Shown here piece after piece: positions 9,362 through 18,960 of a stretch of DNA of 64,000 bases. The translations under genes and the position numbers were made by a program. Location of the stretch: the NCBI GenBank assembly GCA_947085255.1, contig CAMTVQ010000002.1:68688-132687 (forward strand), in the 5' to 3' direction. Within the stretch, counting starts at the first letter, position 1, and each line of letters starts with the position of its first letter. The notes under the pieces were generated by a model that made no database searches, was not told the DNA's origin, and saw only the letters and a list, made by a program, of their open reading frames with translations. The DNA comes from an uncultured bacterium (GTDB taxonomy: Bacteria > Bacteroidota > Bacteroidia > Sphingobacteriales > Sphingobacteriaceae).

Positions 9362-10501
9362 CTAAAATGCTTCGCCAATGTATATATAAAACCCCGGACC
9401 TTCATTGGTAAAGGCTGCATCAGCCCGTACAAAAACATCTTTCTTAGGAAATAAAAGGTACCTGATTCCGCCACCTCCAGCCACTAAAAAATTCTTGAGG
9501 TATAAATTATCTAAACGATTATAAACAGTTCCTGTACTAATAAAAGTGGCTAGACCCAAGCGCTTAGTAAATCTAAAAGGCAAAGGCAGCATGCGGTATT
9601 CTACCTGTGCTGCAAGACTATTTTTATCGCGGTAACGTCCGTAATAATAACCTCTCATAATGGTTTCTCCCCCCAACAAAGCCAACTGATTAAATGGGAC
9701 ATTGCCAGAAGTAACAATGCTTACAGCCTGCGCAGCTAACACGTTATTACGTCCTAAGGGTTTATACCATCTATTGTCCAGCATAAGCGTGGTAAAAGAA
9801 AAATCACTTCCCAACGTTTGGTTGGCGTGCAAAAAAGCCAATTCGCTGTAGGCACCCTTACGCACGTTAAGTACATTATCTCTATTGTCGAACACCAAAC
9901 CCATGCCCATACCTAAATTTGCCGAACCTCGACTACCTTCAGGTAGTTCGCTCAATCCCACACCTACTGGAGTAAAAGTAACAGAACTAAGTTGTTGAAA
10001 ATCTAATTCAGGACCAAGATAAAGGTTGTGAAACAATTGATACAGCAGCCGTTGTCGAATTTGAGTACTAAAGGCATTAACTTGTGCAAGTGGCCGTTCT
10101 GAAGAATTCGGACCAATGCCATGGTATAAAAGTGGGTAGCTTTGAAAACGCATTTTACCTAATAAAAACCATTCTTCTTGATCGGAATACAGGGCATTGT
10201 CGAGCCACATACCGTACTGATTTTCAAACGTATAAAAAGCAAATCCACTTATTTCTGAAAGTCGATTAGTAGTATCGTTTTTTGCATAAAAAACGTAAAG
10301 CCCGCTTGTGCCCAGCTCCCAACTGGTTTCGGGTGAATATGCCAATGTAGGATATATAACAAACTGGGGGCGAGCTGATTCTGAGGTGTCATTTACTAAC
10401 TTCTGAATATACTTTTTGCCAGCCTCAATGGGCTTGGGTTGCGCCAAAAGCGTTAAAGAAAACAGTAGTTGTAAAAAAAGCAGGTAATAGTTTTTTATCA
10501 T
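9362..10501 (-). CDS. Omp85/BamA-TamA-family outer-membrane beta-barrel (bacterial surface antigen domain only)
   Basis: ORF 9362-10531. The internal ATG at 10501 (MIKNYYLLFLQLLFSLTLLAQ signal peptide) is preferred. C-terminal aromatic-rich beta-barrel ending in F. Confidence 0.6.
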   Translation of the reverse strand: MIKNYYLLFLQLLFSLTLLAQPKPIEAGKKYIQKLVNDTSESARPQFVIYPTLAYSPETSWELGTSGLYVFYAKNDTTNRLSEISGFAFYTFENQYGMWLDNALYSDQEEWFLLGKMRFQSYPLLYHGIGPNSSERPLAQVNAFSTQIRQRLLYQLFHNLYLGPELDFQQLSSVTFTPVGVGLSELPEGSRGSANLGMGMGLVFDNRDNVLNVRKGAYSELAFLHANQTLGSDFSFTTLMLDNRWYKPLGRNNVLAAQAVSIVTSGNVPFNQLALLGGETIMRGYYYGRYRDKNSLAAQVEYRMLPLPFRFTKRLGLATFISTGTVYNRLDNLYLKNFLVAGGGGIRYLLFPKKDVFVRADAAFTNEGPGFYIYIGEAF

Positions 10502-10716
10502 TATTTCGGTATCCTCCACTGACTCATGCAAACGACAACAAGAGAAAGCAATATTTGTTAGACATGCTCAATAAGTTACCTGCTTACATAAAAATTCCAA
10601 CCACAATCAAAATACCGAATCTATCAGAGCAAAACTATACAAAAAAGTAGTAGTGATTTTTAGGTTATAATATTAAGATCGACGCGGTATTTAACCTCGT
10701 CGACCTTAATAAATAT

Positions 10717-11148
10717 TTATGCAGGCCAACAAGTTAAAATAAAGGCCGCAATTAATACGGATACTAAATCATATCCTGCATTGATACAAAACAAGGTCCA
10801 TGATTTTTTCTCCCATACCGTATTTCCTAAATGAGCAGGCAGGTAAAAACCCAACCATGTAAATATACCTGCGCTTATTGCATTAGAGATAGCGCCCATT
10901 TCATTCATACCAGGAACAAAGCTCCAAGCTGCAATATTGTGTGCAAATACCCACGCAAATAAGAAGTTACCGATTACCATAAATAACATCCCTTTCATCA
11001 TCACCTTTGAATCAGGTTTTTGGGTCATATCAAAACCCATTTCTCTGCCCCATACTTTACCAAACAATGGGGTGTACCATAAGAATCCGACAAAAAAATT
11101 AACTACAACAGCCACAGCTATGGCCATAAAATTTAACTGCATTTCCAT
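10717..11148 (-). CDS. DUF1761-family membrane protein
   Basis: The ORF track extends to 11316. The start at 11148 (MEMQLNFMAIAVAVVVNFFVGFLWYTPLFGKVW...) matches the usual DUF1761 N-terminus. Four predicted TM helices. Confidence 0.6.
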   Translation of the reverse strand: MEMQLNFMAIAVAVVVNFFVGFLWYTPLFGKVWGREMGFDMTQKPDSKVMMKGMLFMVIGNFLFAWVFAHNIAAWSFVPGMNEMGAISNAISAGIFTWLGFYLPAHLGNTVWEKKSWTLFCINAGYDLVSVLIAAFILTCWPA

Positions 11149-11384
11149 ACTAATTAAGGGTATAATTGGTCCTACTCTTATGGATTTTCGGTTACTCCCG
11201 TTTTTACTGTGTTTTCTGCTACACATAACAAATGTAGTATTTAATCGCATTGGAGAAAATTCAAGATAATCTATCTTTTTACAGCACATTACTGAAGAAC
11301 AATGTACTTTTGGCAAACCTTAACAACCACAGGTTTCTTTTAAAAACTTCACAAAAAACATCCATTAAATTACACGATAATCAT

Positions 11385-12710
11385 ATGCGTTACACAAAAT
11401 CTGGAATACTATTACTCAGCATTTTCCTAAGCACCAGTATTGCTTTACAAGCACAAGAAAGCACCGTTAAAATTCCTTTTGAAGGAATGGATTTGAGTTG
11501 GGTAAACGGGCAAAACAGACAGCAAAACTTTCCACTAGCGCTTACCGATAAAAATACTGGCGAAACCATACTAACAGGAGTGGCATTTTTAGATGCCTAT
11601 TACAATTACAATTTTGCCAATCCCAACGACAATACGCATACCATTAGCAGCAGCATTGGCAGGCACAATGAATTTACCGTAAACATGGCAAGCATTGGCA
11701 TTGAAACCAATTACAAAAATACTATAGGCAGGTTGTGGCTACAAACTGGGCAAATAGGAAGCATTGTACAAGATTTGGATGGCTCGGTACTACGCGGACG
11801 TAACACCAGCATCAACAATTTAAAATACATTAGAGAAGGTGCAGCTGGCTACCATTTTAACAAGTGGTACGGCATAAATGTAGAAGCTGGTATTTTTATG
11901 AGTTACATAGGCTTAGAGAGCTATGTAATGAACGAAAACTGGAGTTACCAACGTAGCATGGTGTGCGATTTTACTCCCTTCTATTTCTCTGGGGCACGTA
12001 TACAGGCATTTCCATCCAAAAAATTTAAGACAGAATTGTGGCTGCTAAACGGCTGGCAGAGCTATAATAGCTGGAGCAATGCGCCTGGTGTTGGTTCGTC
12101 TAACTATTACCGACCAAATGAAAACCTGCAATTAGTGGCTAACTTTTACTACGGTACCGATACCCGTAATAGCAAACGCACCCGTTTTCATCACGATAAT
12201 AGTATAGTAGCACGCTATTACAACAACAAACAAAGTGCAGGGGTATCTCAAGCTGCTTTTAGTTTAAATACGCATTACGGTTTTCAGGATAATGATGGCG
12301 TAACTCCATCTAGTAATTACATGACAGGTACTTCTTTGTCTAACCGTATTTGGTTTAATAAAAACAAATTAGCATTAACATTACGTGCAGATGTGGTAAC
12401 TAATCCTGGCTTGTACTTAGCCTTTTCACCAAGCCCAGTAACGCCAAATGATTTTACAGATGCTATTGCAGCTGATCCAAAACAAAAATTAGATATATTT
12501 CAAGGAACGGCAACACTTGATATTATGCCTTCTGACTTTGTAACCTTTCGTTTAGAATACGGCTACCGAAAAAGCAATGTGCCTTATTTTGCTGGCTCTG
12601 GAGGCACCACATCGCCTGATGGATTTATAGACACACCAACTGCTGGCTATCGCCCTGATTTGCGCAAAACGGAAAACAGAATTACGCTGGGCGTGAGTTT
12701 TAGGTTATAA
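11385..12710 (+). CDS. porin-like outer-membrane beta-barrel protein
   Basis: The ORF track starts at 11250. The ATG at 11385 gives a signal peptide (MRYTKSGILLLSIFLSTSIALQAQ). Alternating beta-strand pattern with a C-terminal ...LGVSFRL. Confidence 0.55.
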   Translation: MRYTKSGILLLSIFLSTSIALQAQESTVKIPFEGMDLSWVNGQNRQQNFPLALTDKNTGETILTGVAFLDAYYNYNFANPNDNTHTISSSIGRHNEFTVNMASIGIETNYKNTIGRLWLQTGQIGSIVQDLDGSVLRGRNTSINNLKYIREGAAGYHFNKWYGINVEAGIFMSYIGLESYVMNENWSYQRSMVCDFTPFYFSGARIQAFPSKKFKTELWLLNGWQSYNSWSNAPGVGSSNYYRPNENLQLVANFYYGTDTRNSKRTRFHHDNSIVARYYNNKQSAGVSQAAFSLNTHYGFQDNDGVTPSSNYMTGTSLSNRIWFNKNKLALTLRADVVTNPGLYLAFSPSPVTPNDFTDAIAADPKQKLDIFQGTATLDIMPSDFVTFRLEYGYRKSNVPYFAGSGGTTSPDGFIDTPTAGYRPDLRKTENRITLGVSFRL

Positions 12711-12724
12711 ATAATAATTATATT

Positions 12725-13051
12725 CTATAATGAAAAAAGACGGGTTCCAATCCTATCTATATGTATATCTGACGATAACAATTTATCTAAGTCCAAACAG
12801 ATGCAATCATCTTTTATGTCTATCCTTATAATACAATTATCAATTGCTGAACATCTATCAAATGAATAATTTGTAGATACAGACTTAGAATCTAACAATC
12901 TTACAAAAGTTATTTGTCCACCACCTATATCCCCTGTAGGTTCTGAAAATGATACTGAATATTTACCTAAATTTAAAGTTTCACCCATTACTTTTTGAAA
13001 GCAACTGTACAATGGCTCTTCTTTCCAGTCAGGCTTATTTGGTATTCCCAT
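12725..13051 (-). CDS. hypothetical cytoplasmic protein (108 aa)
   Basis: ORF lies 14 bp downstream of the ELWxxDGT gene on the same strand. No recognisable motif. Confidence 0.35.
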   Translation of the reverse strand: MGIPNKPDWKEEPLYSCFQKVMGETLNLGKYSVSFSEPTGDIGGGQITFVRLLDSKSVSTNYSFDRCSAIDNCIIRIDIKDDCICLDLDKLLSSDIHIDRIGTRLFSL

Positions 13052-13065
13052 TTTTATATTTGTTA

Positions 13066-15876
13066 TTAGTTCTTAATAATACTCGTTATTGTGCGTTCTC
13101 CCAATGAGTTTATAATGGCTATAAAGTACAAACCATTAGGACCAGTAATTACAGTATTTATTACATCCGTATTGTTATATTCTTCTGAATTTATTTTTTG
13201 CCCAATAGAATTATAAATTTCTATTGAAATAAAATCATATATTCTATTTAGATTAATCGTAAAGTGCTCGTTTGTAGGATTAGGGTAAATACTACTTATT
13301 TCATCAATCTTATCGTTAAATACTCCAGCAGAACCTACAAAACTACATTTAGAAGTATCGATACAAGTAGAATTTTTTGTTAGTATAACAGCATAGCTGC
13401 CTGATGTCTTAACATTATAAGACTTTTTAGTTGCAAACTCAATTGGCTTATAATTATTATTACAATCTACCCATTGATATGTAGAGCTAGCTTCATTACT
13501 TGTAATTGTTGACCCATTAATAGAAAGTGTTTTATCATTCTTAACTATGGTTAAATCTAACAACAGTATACTATCACATTGATGTGAATTAGGAACTGTA
13601 TCCTTGTAAATCCCAGACTTTGTAAAAGTATAACCTCTCCATTCATATTCATTGCAAACAGTAGTTTTAAATGAAGAACTATTACTTTTATTGATAATGA
13701 GTACCAAAGTCATAATACTATCACAACCTACTCTATTCATACCTTTTTTAATATATTGACCACTTACAGTATACGTATTCCCTTGCCAATAATACCTATC
13801 ACATGCTGTCACGGTATCAGTGCGATTAGTGCTTTTTCTGATTGTAAGATTGAGAGTTAATATACTATCACAACCAGCCTTATTAAAGACTGTGTCTTTG
13901 TAAGTTCCAGACTCTGTATAAGTATTTCCCTGCCATTGATAGCTATTGCGTGATGTCTTGTCTGTTGTTGAACTAGTACTTTTTTTAATGGTTAGGTTCA
14001 ATGTCATGGCACTATCGCAACCAGCTTTATTTGGAATAGTATCTTTGTAAACTCCACTCTTTGTAAACAATTTACCATTCCAAGTATAACTATCGCAAGA
14101 TGATGCATTCTTCGTAGATGAGGTCGATAAAATTTTCAAGTTAAGAGTCATTACGCTATCACATCCAACACTATTGGGAATAGTTTTCTTATATACACCT
14201 GTTTGAGTATAAGTAGCTCCATTCCAATCATAACTCTTACAAGCATTTGCATTAGCTGTTGAAGATGTATGAGCTTTACCCATACCTAATACAGCAAATG
14301 TAAATGGGCTTTCATTACCGTCATTATTAGTTAAACTAATGATGGCTTGGCGAATGCCAGCTGCTTTTGGAGAAAATTTTATCTTAAAAGTAGTAGATTC
14401 TCCAAAACGGATATACCCAGATGGCTGTTTTTCAATTGAATAATCACTTGCATTCACACCAGTAATACTAACAGGCACTGTAATTAATAACTTACCAGTA
14501 TCAGTATTATTGATAGAATATTCATATATTTTACTTCCACCAGTACACAATTTTCCAAAGTCAGTATTATTAGACTCAGAAAAAGATGAACTGCCATTAG
14601 AAATATTCATGTTATTGCCGGTTATTCCAATTTCAGAATTAAAACAGCCGTATGACCATAATTCAAGACCATAATAAGGGGGTTTTCCGTCGTTAGCGCC
14701 CATAAAAACAGCTCCATTAAATGCCTCAATGTCTGTAATATCTGAATTTTGAGTTCCCGATCTTATATCTTTAACTAAAGTAATTCCAGAGACCGTCCCA
14801 TCACACTGATAAAGTTCATCACCTATATTTTCATCTCTTGCTTTAAAATAAAGGATATTCTTAGCAATTGCAAAGAAGTCAGGATTAGTAATAATATTAT
14901 TAGGATTATCAAGCATTATTGTCCCTGAATCAGTCCCATCAGACATCCATAATTTATCAACCCCACTATTATCATGTGCTGCGAAGAAAAGCTTATCTTT
15001 ATAAACTATGAATGAATGTGGATCTGAAGGAAAATTTCCAATATTAATATCTTTTACCAATTGAGTTCCCTGATCCGTTGCATCTGTAACCCATAATTCA
15101 GATCCATAATTATTATCGTCTCCAGCAAAATATAGTTTTCCTTTGTACTCAATGAAACTTGAGTTTCCAATAAGGTTATTCTTAATATATGCCAAGCCGT
15201 TACTCGTACCATCTGAACTCAGTATGGCATATTGTAAGGGGCTATTAAAATTCCAAGCAAAAATTAATTTATTGTTATAGGCTTTTAAATACTTTATTTG
15301 TGACAAATCAAATTGAGAATCTGCAGGGTGATAACTAAAAGCAAATTTTGTGCCCCCTGATGTACCATCTGATTCATAAACTAATGCTGCATTTGAGGTA
15401 CCTTGTGCCACAAAAAATAACTTCCCGTTAAATACTGTTAAAAATCTTGGATAAGATGAAGCCCTACCATTATTGATATCCAAAACCAAGCTAGTTCCAT
15501 TGGTTGTTCCATCTGTGACCCAAAGCTCTATTCCTTCGTTTTCAGTTTCAGCGCTGAAATAAAGTTTACCATTAAACTCGAGGAAGTTACCCGGTTCAGA
15601 TCCATCCTTTCCTGCAAAAATATCCTTTACTAAAACGGTTCCATTTGCTGTTCCATCAGAACAAAACAATTCTTGACCATAGTAACCATTATCTGCTGAA
15701 AAATACAACTTGCCGTTGAACTTTACGAAGTTTTTGGGATTAGAATTTGCACTAGCAGGATTTGTATTAATCTTTTTAATAAAGGAGGTATCGCAAACTT
15801 GAGCTATTGAATTTTGTTTTATCAAAATTAAAAAAGAACAAACTAATAGTATAAAAATATTTTTCATGGTAATCAA
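13066..15876 (-). CDS. ELWxxDGT-repeat protein with Cys-containing repeats and a T9SS type A C-terminal sorting domain
   Basis: 936 aa with a signal peptide. Repeated GxELWxTDGTxxGT motifs. Five ~45-aa repeats (C..Y.W.G..YT.SG.Y....N..GCDS..TLNLTI). C-terminal IYPNPTNEHFTINL...GLYFIAI tail. Confidence 0.8.
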   Translation of the reverse strand: MITMKNIFILLVCSFLILIKQNSIAQVCDTSFIKKINTNPASANSNPKNFVKFNGKLYFSADNGYYGQELFCSDGTANGTVLVKDIFAGKDGSEPGNFLEFNGKLYFSAETENEGIELWVTDGTTNGTSLVLDINNGRASSYPRFLTVFNGKLFFVAQGTSNAALVYESDGTSGGTKFAFSYHPADSQFDLSQIKYLKAYNNKLIFAWNFNSPLQYAILSSDGTSNGLAYIKNNLIGNSSFIEYKGKLYFAGDDNNYGSELWVTDATDQGTQLVKDINIGNFPSDPHSFIVYKDKLFFAAHDNSGVDKLWMSDGTDSGTIMLDNPNNIITNPDFFAIAKNILYFKARDENIGDELYQCDGTVSGITLVKDIRSGTQNSDITDIEAFNGAVFMGANDGKPPYYGLELWSYGCFNSEIGITGNNMNISNGSSSFSESNNTDFGKLCTGGSKIYEYSINNTDTGKLLITVPVSITGVNASDYSIEKQPSGYIRFGESTTFKIKFSPKAAGIRQAIISLTNNDGNESPFTFAVLGMGKAHTSSTANANACKSYDWNGATYTQTGVYKKTIPNSVGCDSVMTLNLKILSTSSTKNASSCDSYTWNGKLFTKSGVYKDTIPNKAGCDSAMTLNLTIKKSTSSTTDKTSRNSYQWQGNTYTESGTYKDTVFNKAGCDSILTLNLTIRKSTNRTDTVTACDRYYWQGNTYTVSGQYIKKGMNRVGCDSIMTLVLIINKSNSSSFKTTVCNEYEWRGYTFTKSGIYKDTVPNSHQCDSILLLDLTIVKNDKTLSINGSTITSNEASSTYQWVDCNNNYKPIEFATKKSYNVKTSGSYAVILTKNSTCIDTSKCSFVGSAGVFNDKIDEISSIYPNPTNEHFTINLNRIYDFISIEIYNSIGQKINSEEYNNTDVINTVITGPNGLYFIAIINSLGERTITSIIKN

Positions 15877-15998
15877 TTTTTTAGTAAGCTAATGCTTACA
15901 AAAGTATAGCATACTACAGCTTATCTTATTGTAAATAAAAAATATTCTACCACCCTAAGTATTATTTTGCTACTTTTACGGAACAACAAAATATTACT

Positions 15999-16361
15999 AT
16001 GCTAAATATTGGTGATAACATTAAAAAATTTCGGGAGTTAAAAGACTTAACTCGTGAACAAATGGCTGCAAACCTAAATATGAGTTTAAGTGGCTACAGC
16101 AAAATAGAGCGTGGTGAAAGCGACCTCACAATATCAAAGCTTGTACAAATATCAGAAGTACTTGGCATTAGCTTAGCTCAATTATTAAGCTTTGATGCCT
16201 CACAAATTTTTAATATTTCCAATAACCAAACCGTACAAGGCATAGGTGCCAAATCTGAACACATGTATTTCCATGGGGATGAGTACCGTGAAAAATACAT
16301 TAAGATACTTGAAGAAGAAAACAATAGACTAAAGACGCAGTTAGCTACCAAGAATAAATAA
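15999..16361 (+). CDS. XRE-family helix-turn-helix transcriptional regulator
   Basis: 120 aa. IGDNIKKFRELKDLTREQMAANLNMSLSGYSKIERGESDLTISKLVQISEVLGISLAQLL is a classic HTH_3/Cro-C1 fold. Confidence 0.8.
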   Translation: MLNIGDNIKKFRELKDLTREQMAANLNMSLSGYSKIERGESDLTISKLVQISEVLGISLAQLLSFDASQIFNISNNQTVQGIGAKSEHMYFHGDEYREKYIKILEEENNRLKTQLATKNK

Positions 16362-16576
16362 TCTGCATTTTTATTTAAACAACCACTTCAACCACAATCC
16401 AAACACGGGATCAATCAAAAACAGCTTCCCTTCTACCCTGTCGATAATTTCCTTTTGTTACATGGCAGTCAAAATACTGTTTACATTGGCGGAAGTGCCA
16501 AATTTGCATTACTTTGAGAGCTAACAACGTTGTAACTAACAATATTGTTAGTTTATATTCATCAAAACCAAGTAAA

Positions 16577-16604
16577 AGGTCGGTAAGAATAATCCTACCG
16601 ACCT
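16577..16604. terminator. hairpin between convergent genes (candidate bidirectional terminator)
   Basis: AGGTCGGTA (16577-16585) pairs with TACCGACCT (16596-16604). 10-nt loop with A/T-rich flanks on both sides. Confidence 0.5.
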
Positions 16605-16690
16605 AATAAAATATATAGTGTCTGTACAATTTAGAAGAAAAGCACTATCTGTCTATCGTCTAATATCTATTGACTTACGACTAAAGACTA

Positions 16691-18481
16691 TTAAAAACAA
16701 TACTTGTTCTCTTCAATCAGTTTTTTAGCTACACGTTGGCGTGCGTCTTTTACATTAAAAGATTCTGCTTTGGTAAAGCGTTTTATCCCCATCAATAGCA
16801 TGCGTTGTTCATCCCCTTCGGCAAAACTATTAATGGCTTCTTTACCAGCCAATCCTACTTTATCTAAGGTTTCGGACAAGTAAATACGTGCCATATCTAA
16901 TTGCAAAGCACAGGCTGCTTCGCCACGTTGTAAAATAAGCTTTTCGGTACGCAGAATAGTTGACTCGGCAACGTACGTTAAGCTTGCCATGTCGGCAATA
17001 TTCATCAATATTTCTTGCTCCTTAGATAAAGTCAGCATAAACTTTTGAACCGCTGCTCCAGCAACCATCAATGTTGCCTTTTTTAAGTTTCGTAGGTATT
17101 TTTTCTCTGCTGCAAATAAGGTAGTATCCTCTTCTCCAAAATCAGGGATTGCCATTAATTCAGCAGCAACTGCTTGCGCAGGTCCCATTAAATCCAATTC
17201 TCCTTTCATGGCACGCTTTAGCATCATGTCAACAGTCAATAAGCGGTTGATTTCATTCGTTCCCTCAAAAATACGGTTGATACGTGCATCGCGATAGGAA
17301 CGATCCATAGGCGCTTCGGCCGAAAATCCCATTCCTCCATAAATTTGCACGCCCTCGTCTACCACATAATCCAATGCTTCGGAAGCCGTTACTTTAAGAA
17401 TAGCACACTCGATTGCAAAATTTTCTACACTTTTCAATTTAGCTTTAGCAGATTCCATCCCTCCAGCAACCAAAGCATCATAAGCATCATCAATATTTTG
17501 ACCTGCACGGTACGTTGCCGATTCGTTGGCATAAATTTGCGTAGTCATTTCTGCCAACTTGTAACGAATAGCACCAAACTTAGAAATCGGCAATTCGAAT
17601 TGTGTACGCTCATTGGCATAATTCACTGCTTTGTTAACTACTTCTTTAGAAGCACCGATTACTGAAGCAGCCAATTTAATACGTCCGATATTCAGAATAT
17701 TTACCGCGATTTTAAAGCCATTTTCACGTTCCGAAAGCATATTCTCTACAGGAACTTTACAATCGTTGAAGAAAACTTGACGGGTAGAAGAGCCTTTGAT
17801 ACCCATTTTATGCTCCTCTGGATTCATGGTAATTCCACCGAATCCTTTTTCTACTATAAAAGCCGTTAAGTTTTTATCGTCGTCAATTTTAGCAAACACA
17901 ATAAACAAATCAGCGAAACCACCATTGGTAATCCACATTTTTTGTCCCGTAATTACATAATGCTTGCCATCTGCTGTTAATTTAGCTTTAGTTTTGCCTG
18001 AATTGGCATCCGAACCAGAGTTGGGCTCTGTTAAGCAATACGATGCCTTCCATTCGCCAGAAGCTAATTTTGGTAAATATTTAGCTTTTTGCGCTTCATT
18101 ACCATAATACAAAATTGGCAAGGTGCCTATACCTGTATGTGCCGATAGTGCTACGGCAAACGAATGACCTGCGCCTACCACTTCGGTTACCAGCATCGAA
18201 CTGTTAAAATCTTTACCAAATCCACCATACTCTTCGGGTACAGATATACCCAACATGCCCAATTCGCCTGCCTTATTCATTAAACTTTGCATCAAACCTT
18301 CTTCCTGATTGTCGATGCGATCCAAAATTGGATACACTTCTTGATCCAAAAAGTCGTAACAGGTTTGCGCAATCATGCGTTGCTCTTCGGTCCATTCCTC
18401 AGGGATAAAAATATCTTGAGCTTTAGTTTCTTTGATTAAGAATTCGCCACCAGTGATGGCTTTTTTAGTTTGAGTTTCCAT
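16691..18481 (-). CDS. fadE: long acyl-CoA dehydrogenase (FadE-type, ~600 aa)
   Basis: 596 aa with ACAD motifs (YCLTEPNSGSDA, QIYGGMGF). Last gene of a fadN-fadA-fadE-like arrangement. Confidence 0.85.
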   Translation of the reverse strand: METQTKKAITGGEFLIKETKAQDIFIPEEWTEEQRMIAQTCYDFLDQEVYPILDRIDNQEEGLMQSLMNKAGELGMLGISVPEEYGGFGKDFNSSMLVTEVVGAGHSFAVALSAHTGIGTLPILYYGNEAQKAKYLPKLASGEWKASYCLTEPNSGSDANSGKTKAKLTADGKHYVITGQKMWITNGGFADLFIVFAKIDDDKNLTAFIVEKGFGGITMNPEEHKMGIKGSSTRQVFFNDCKVPVENMLSERENGFKIAVNILNIGRIKLAASVIGASKEVVNKAVNYANERTQFELPISKFGAIRYKLAEMTTQIYANESATYRAGQNIDDAYDALVAGGMESAKAKLKSVENFAIECAILKVTASEALDYVVDEGVQIYGGMGFSAEAPMDRSYRDARINRIFEGTNEINRLLTVDMMLKRAMKGELDLMGPAQAVAAELMAIPDFGEEDTTLFAAEKKYLRNLKKATLMVAGAAVQKFMLTLSKEQEILMNIADMASLTYVAESTILRTEKLILQRGEAACALQLDMARIYLSETLDKVGLAGKEAINSFAEGDEQRMLLMGIKRFTKAESFNVKDARQRVAKKLIEENKYCF

Positions 18482-18483
18482 GT

Positions 18484-18539
18484 GTTAGTGATTAGCCTTG
18501 AGCTGTTAGCAATGAGCTTTGAGCCGCCAGCAGTTAGCT
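18484..18539. repeat. tandem heptanucleotide array (8 units, core T[T/G]AGC)
   Basis: gttagtg attagcc ttgagct gttagca atgagct ttgagcc gccagca gttagct, read directly from the sequence. Inverted relative to the array at 18926-18960. Confidence 0.8.
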
Positions 18540-18545
18540 TTAATA

Positions 18546-18899
18546 TTATTTATTTAGTGTTTGTTGAAAACCAAAAATCATCTTCTGAATTTCCACAGTT
18601 TGTTTATTTAAGTTCTCTAATGTTGTAGATGATACCATCTGTAAATCATTTGAAATTTGAAGCAAAGTTTGAACTTCATAAGCCGAGCCTGAAGCTATAC
18701 CTAAAAACTGCTTAAATTCTCCATTAGTATTTCTCCCCGCACCTTCGGAAATATTAGCAGCAATAGAAACAACAGCACGTCTCAACTGAGATACTAATCC
18801 ATATTGTTCCTCTTTAGGAAAATCCCTAGTAATCATATAAACCTCCTTTATTAAAGCTCTTGCTTTATGCCAAACCATTATATCTTCAATTTTTCTCAT
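18546..18899 (-). CDS. four-helix-bundle protein (23S rRNA intervening-sequence protein / Avd-like family)
   Basis: 117 aa. FPKEEQYGLVSQLRRAVVSIAANISEGAGR ... FLGIASGSAYEVQTLL is the signature of the TIGR02436/PF05635-type family. Confidence 0.85.
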   Translation of the reverse strand: MRKIEDIMVWHKARALIKEVYMITRDFPKEEQYGLVSQLRRAVVSIAANISEGAGRNTNGEFKQFLGIASGSAYEVQTLLQISNDLQMVSSTTLENLNKQTVEIQKMIFGFQQTLNK

Positions 18900-18925
18900 A
18901 GCAGTATATTAAATTAATTGTGCCT

Positions 18926-18960
18926 TCTCATAGCTCAAGGCTCATCGCTCACTGCTATAA
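18926..18960. repeat. tandem heptanucleotide array (5 units, core GCTCA, the reverse complement of TGAGC)
   Basis: tctcata gctcaag gctcatc gctcact gctataa. Overlaps the thiolase stop codon. 18932-18946 is the inverted partner of 18490-18504 (14 of 15 positions match). Confidence 0.75.
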
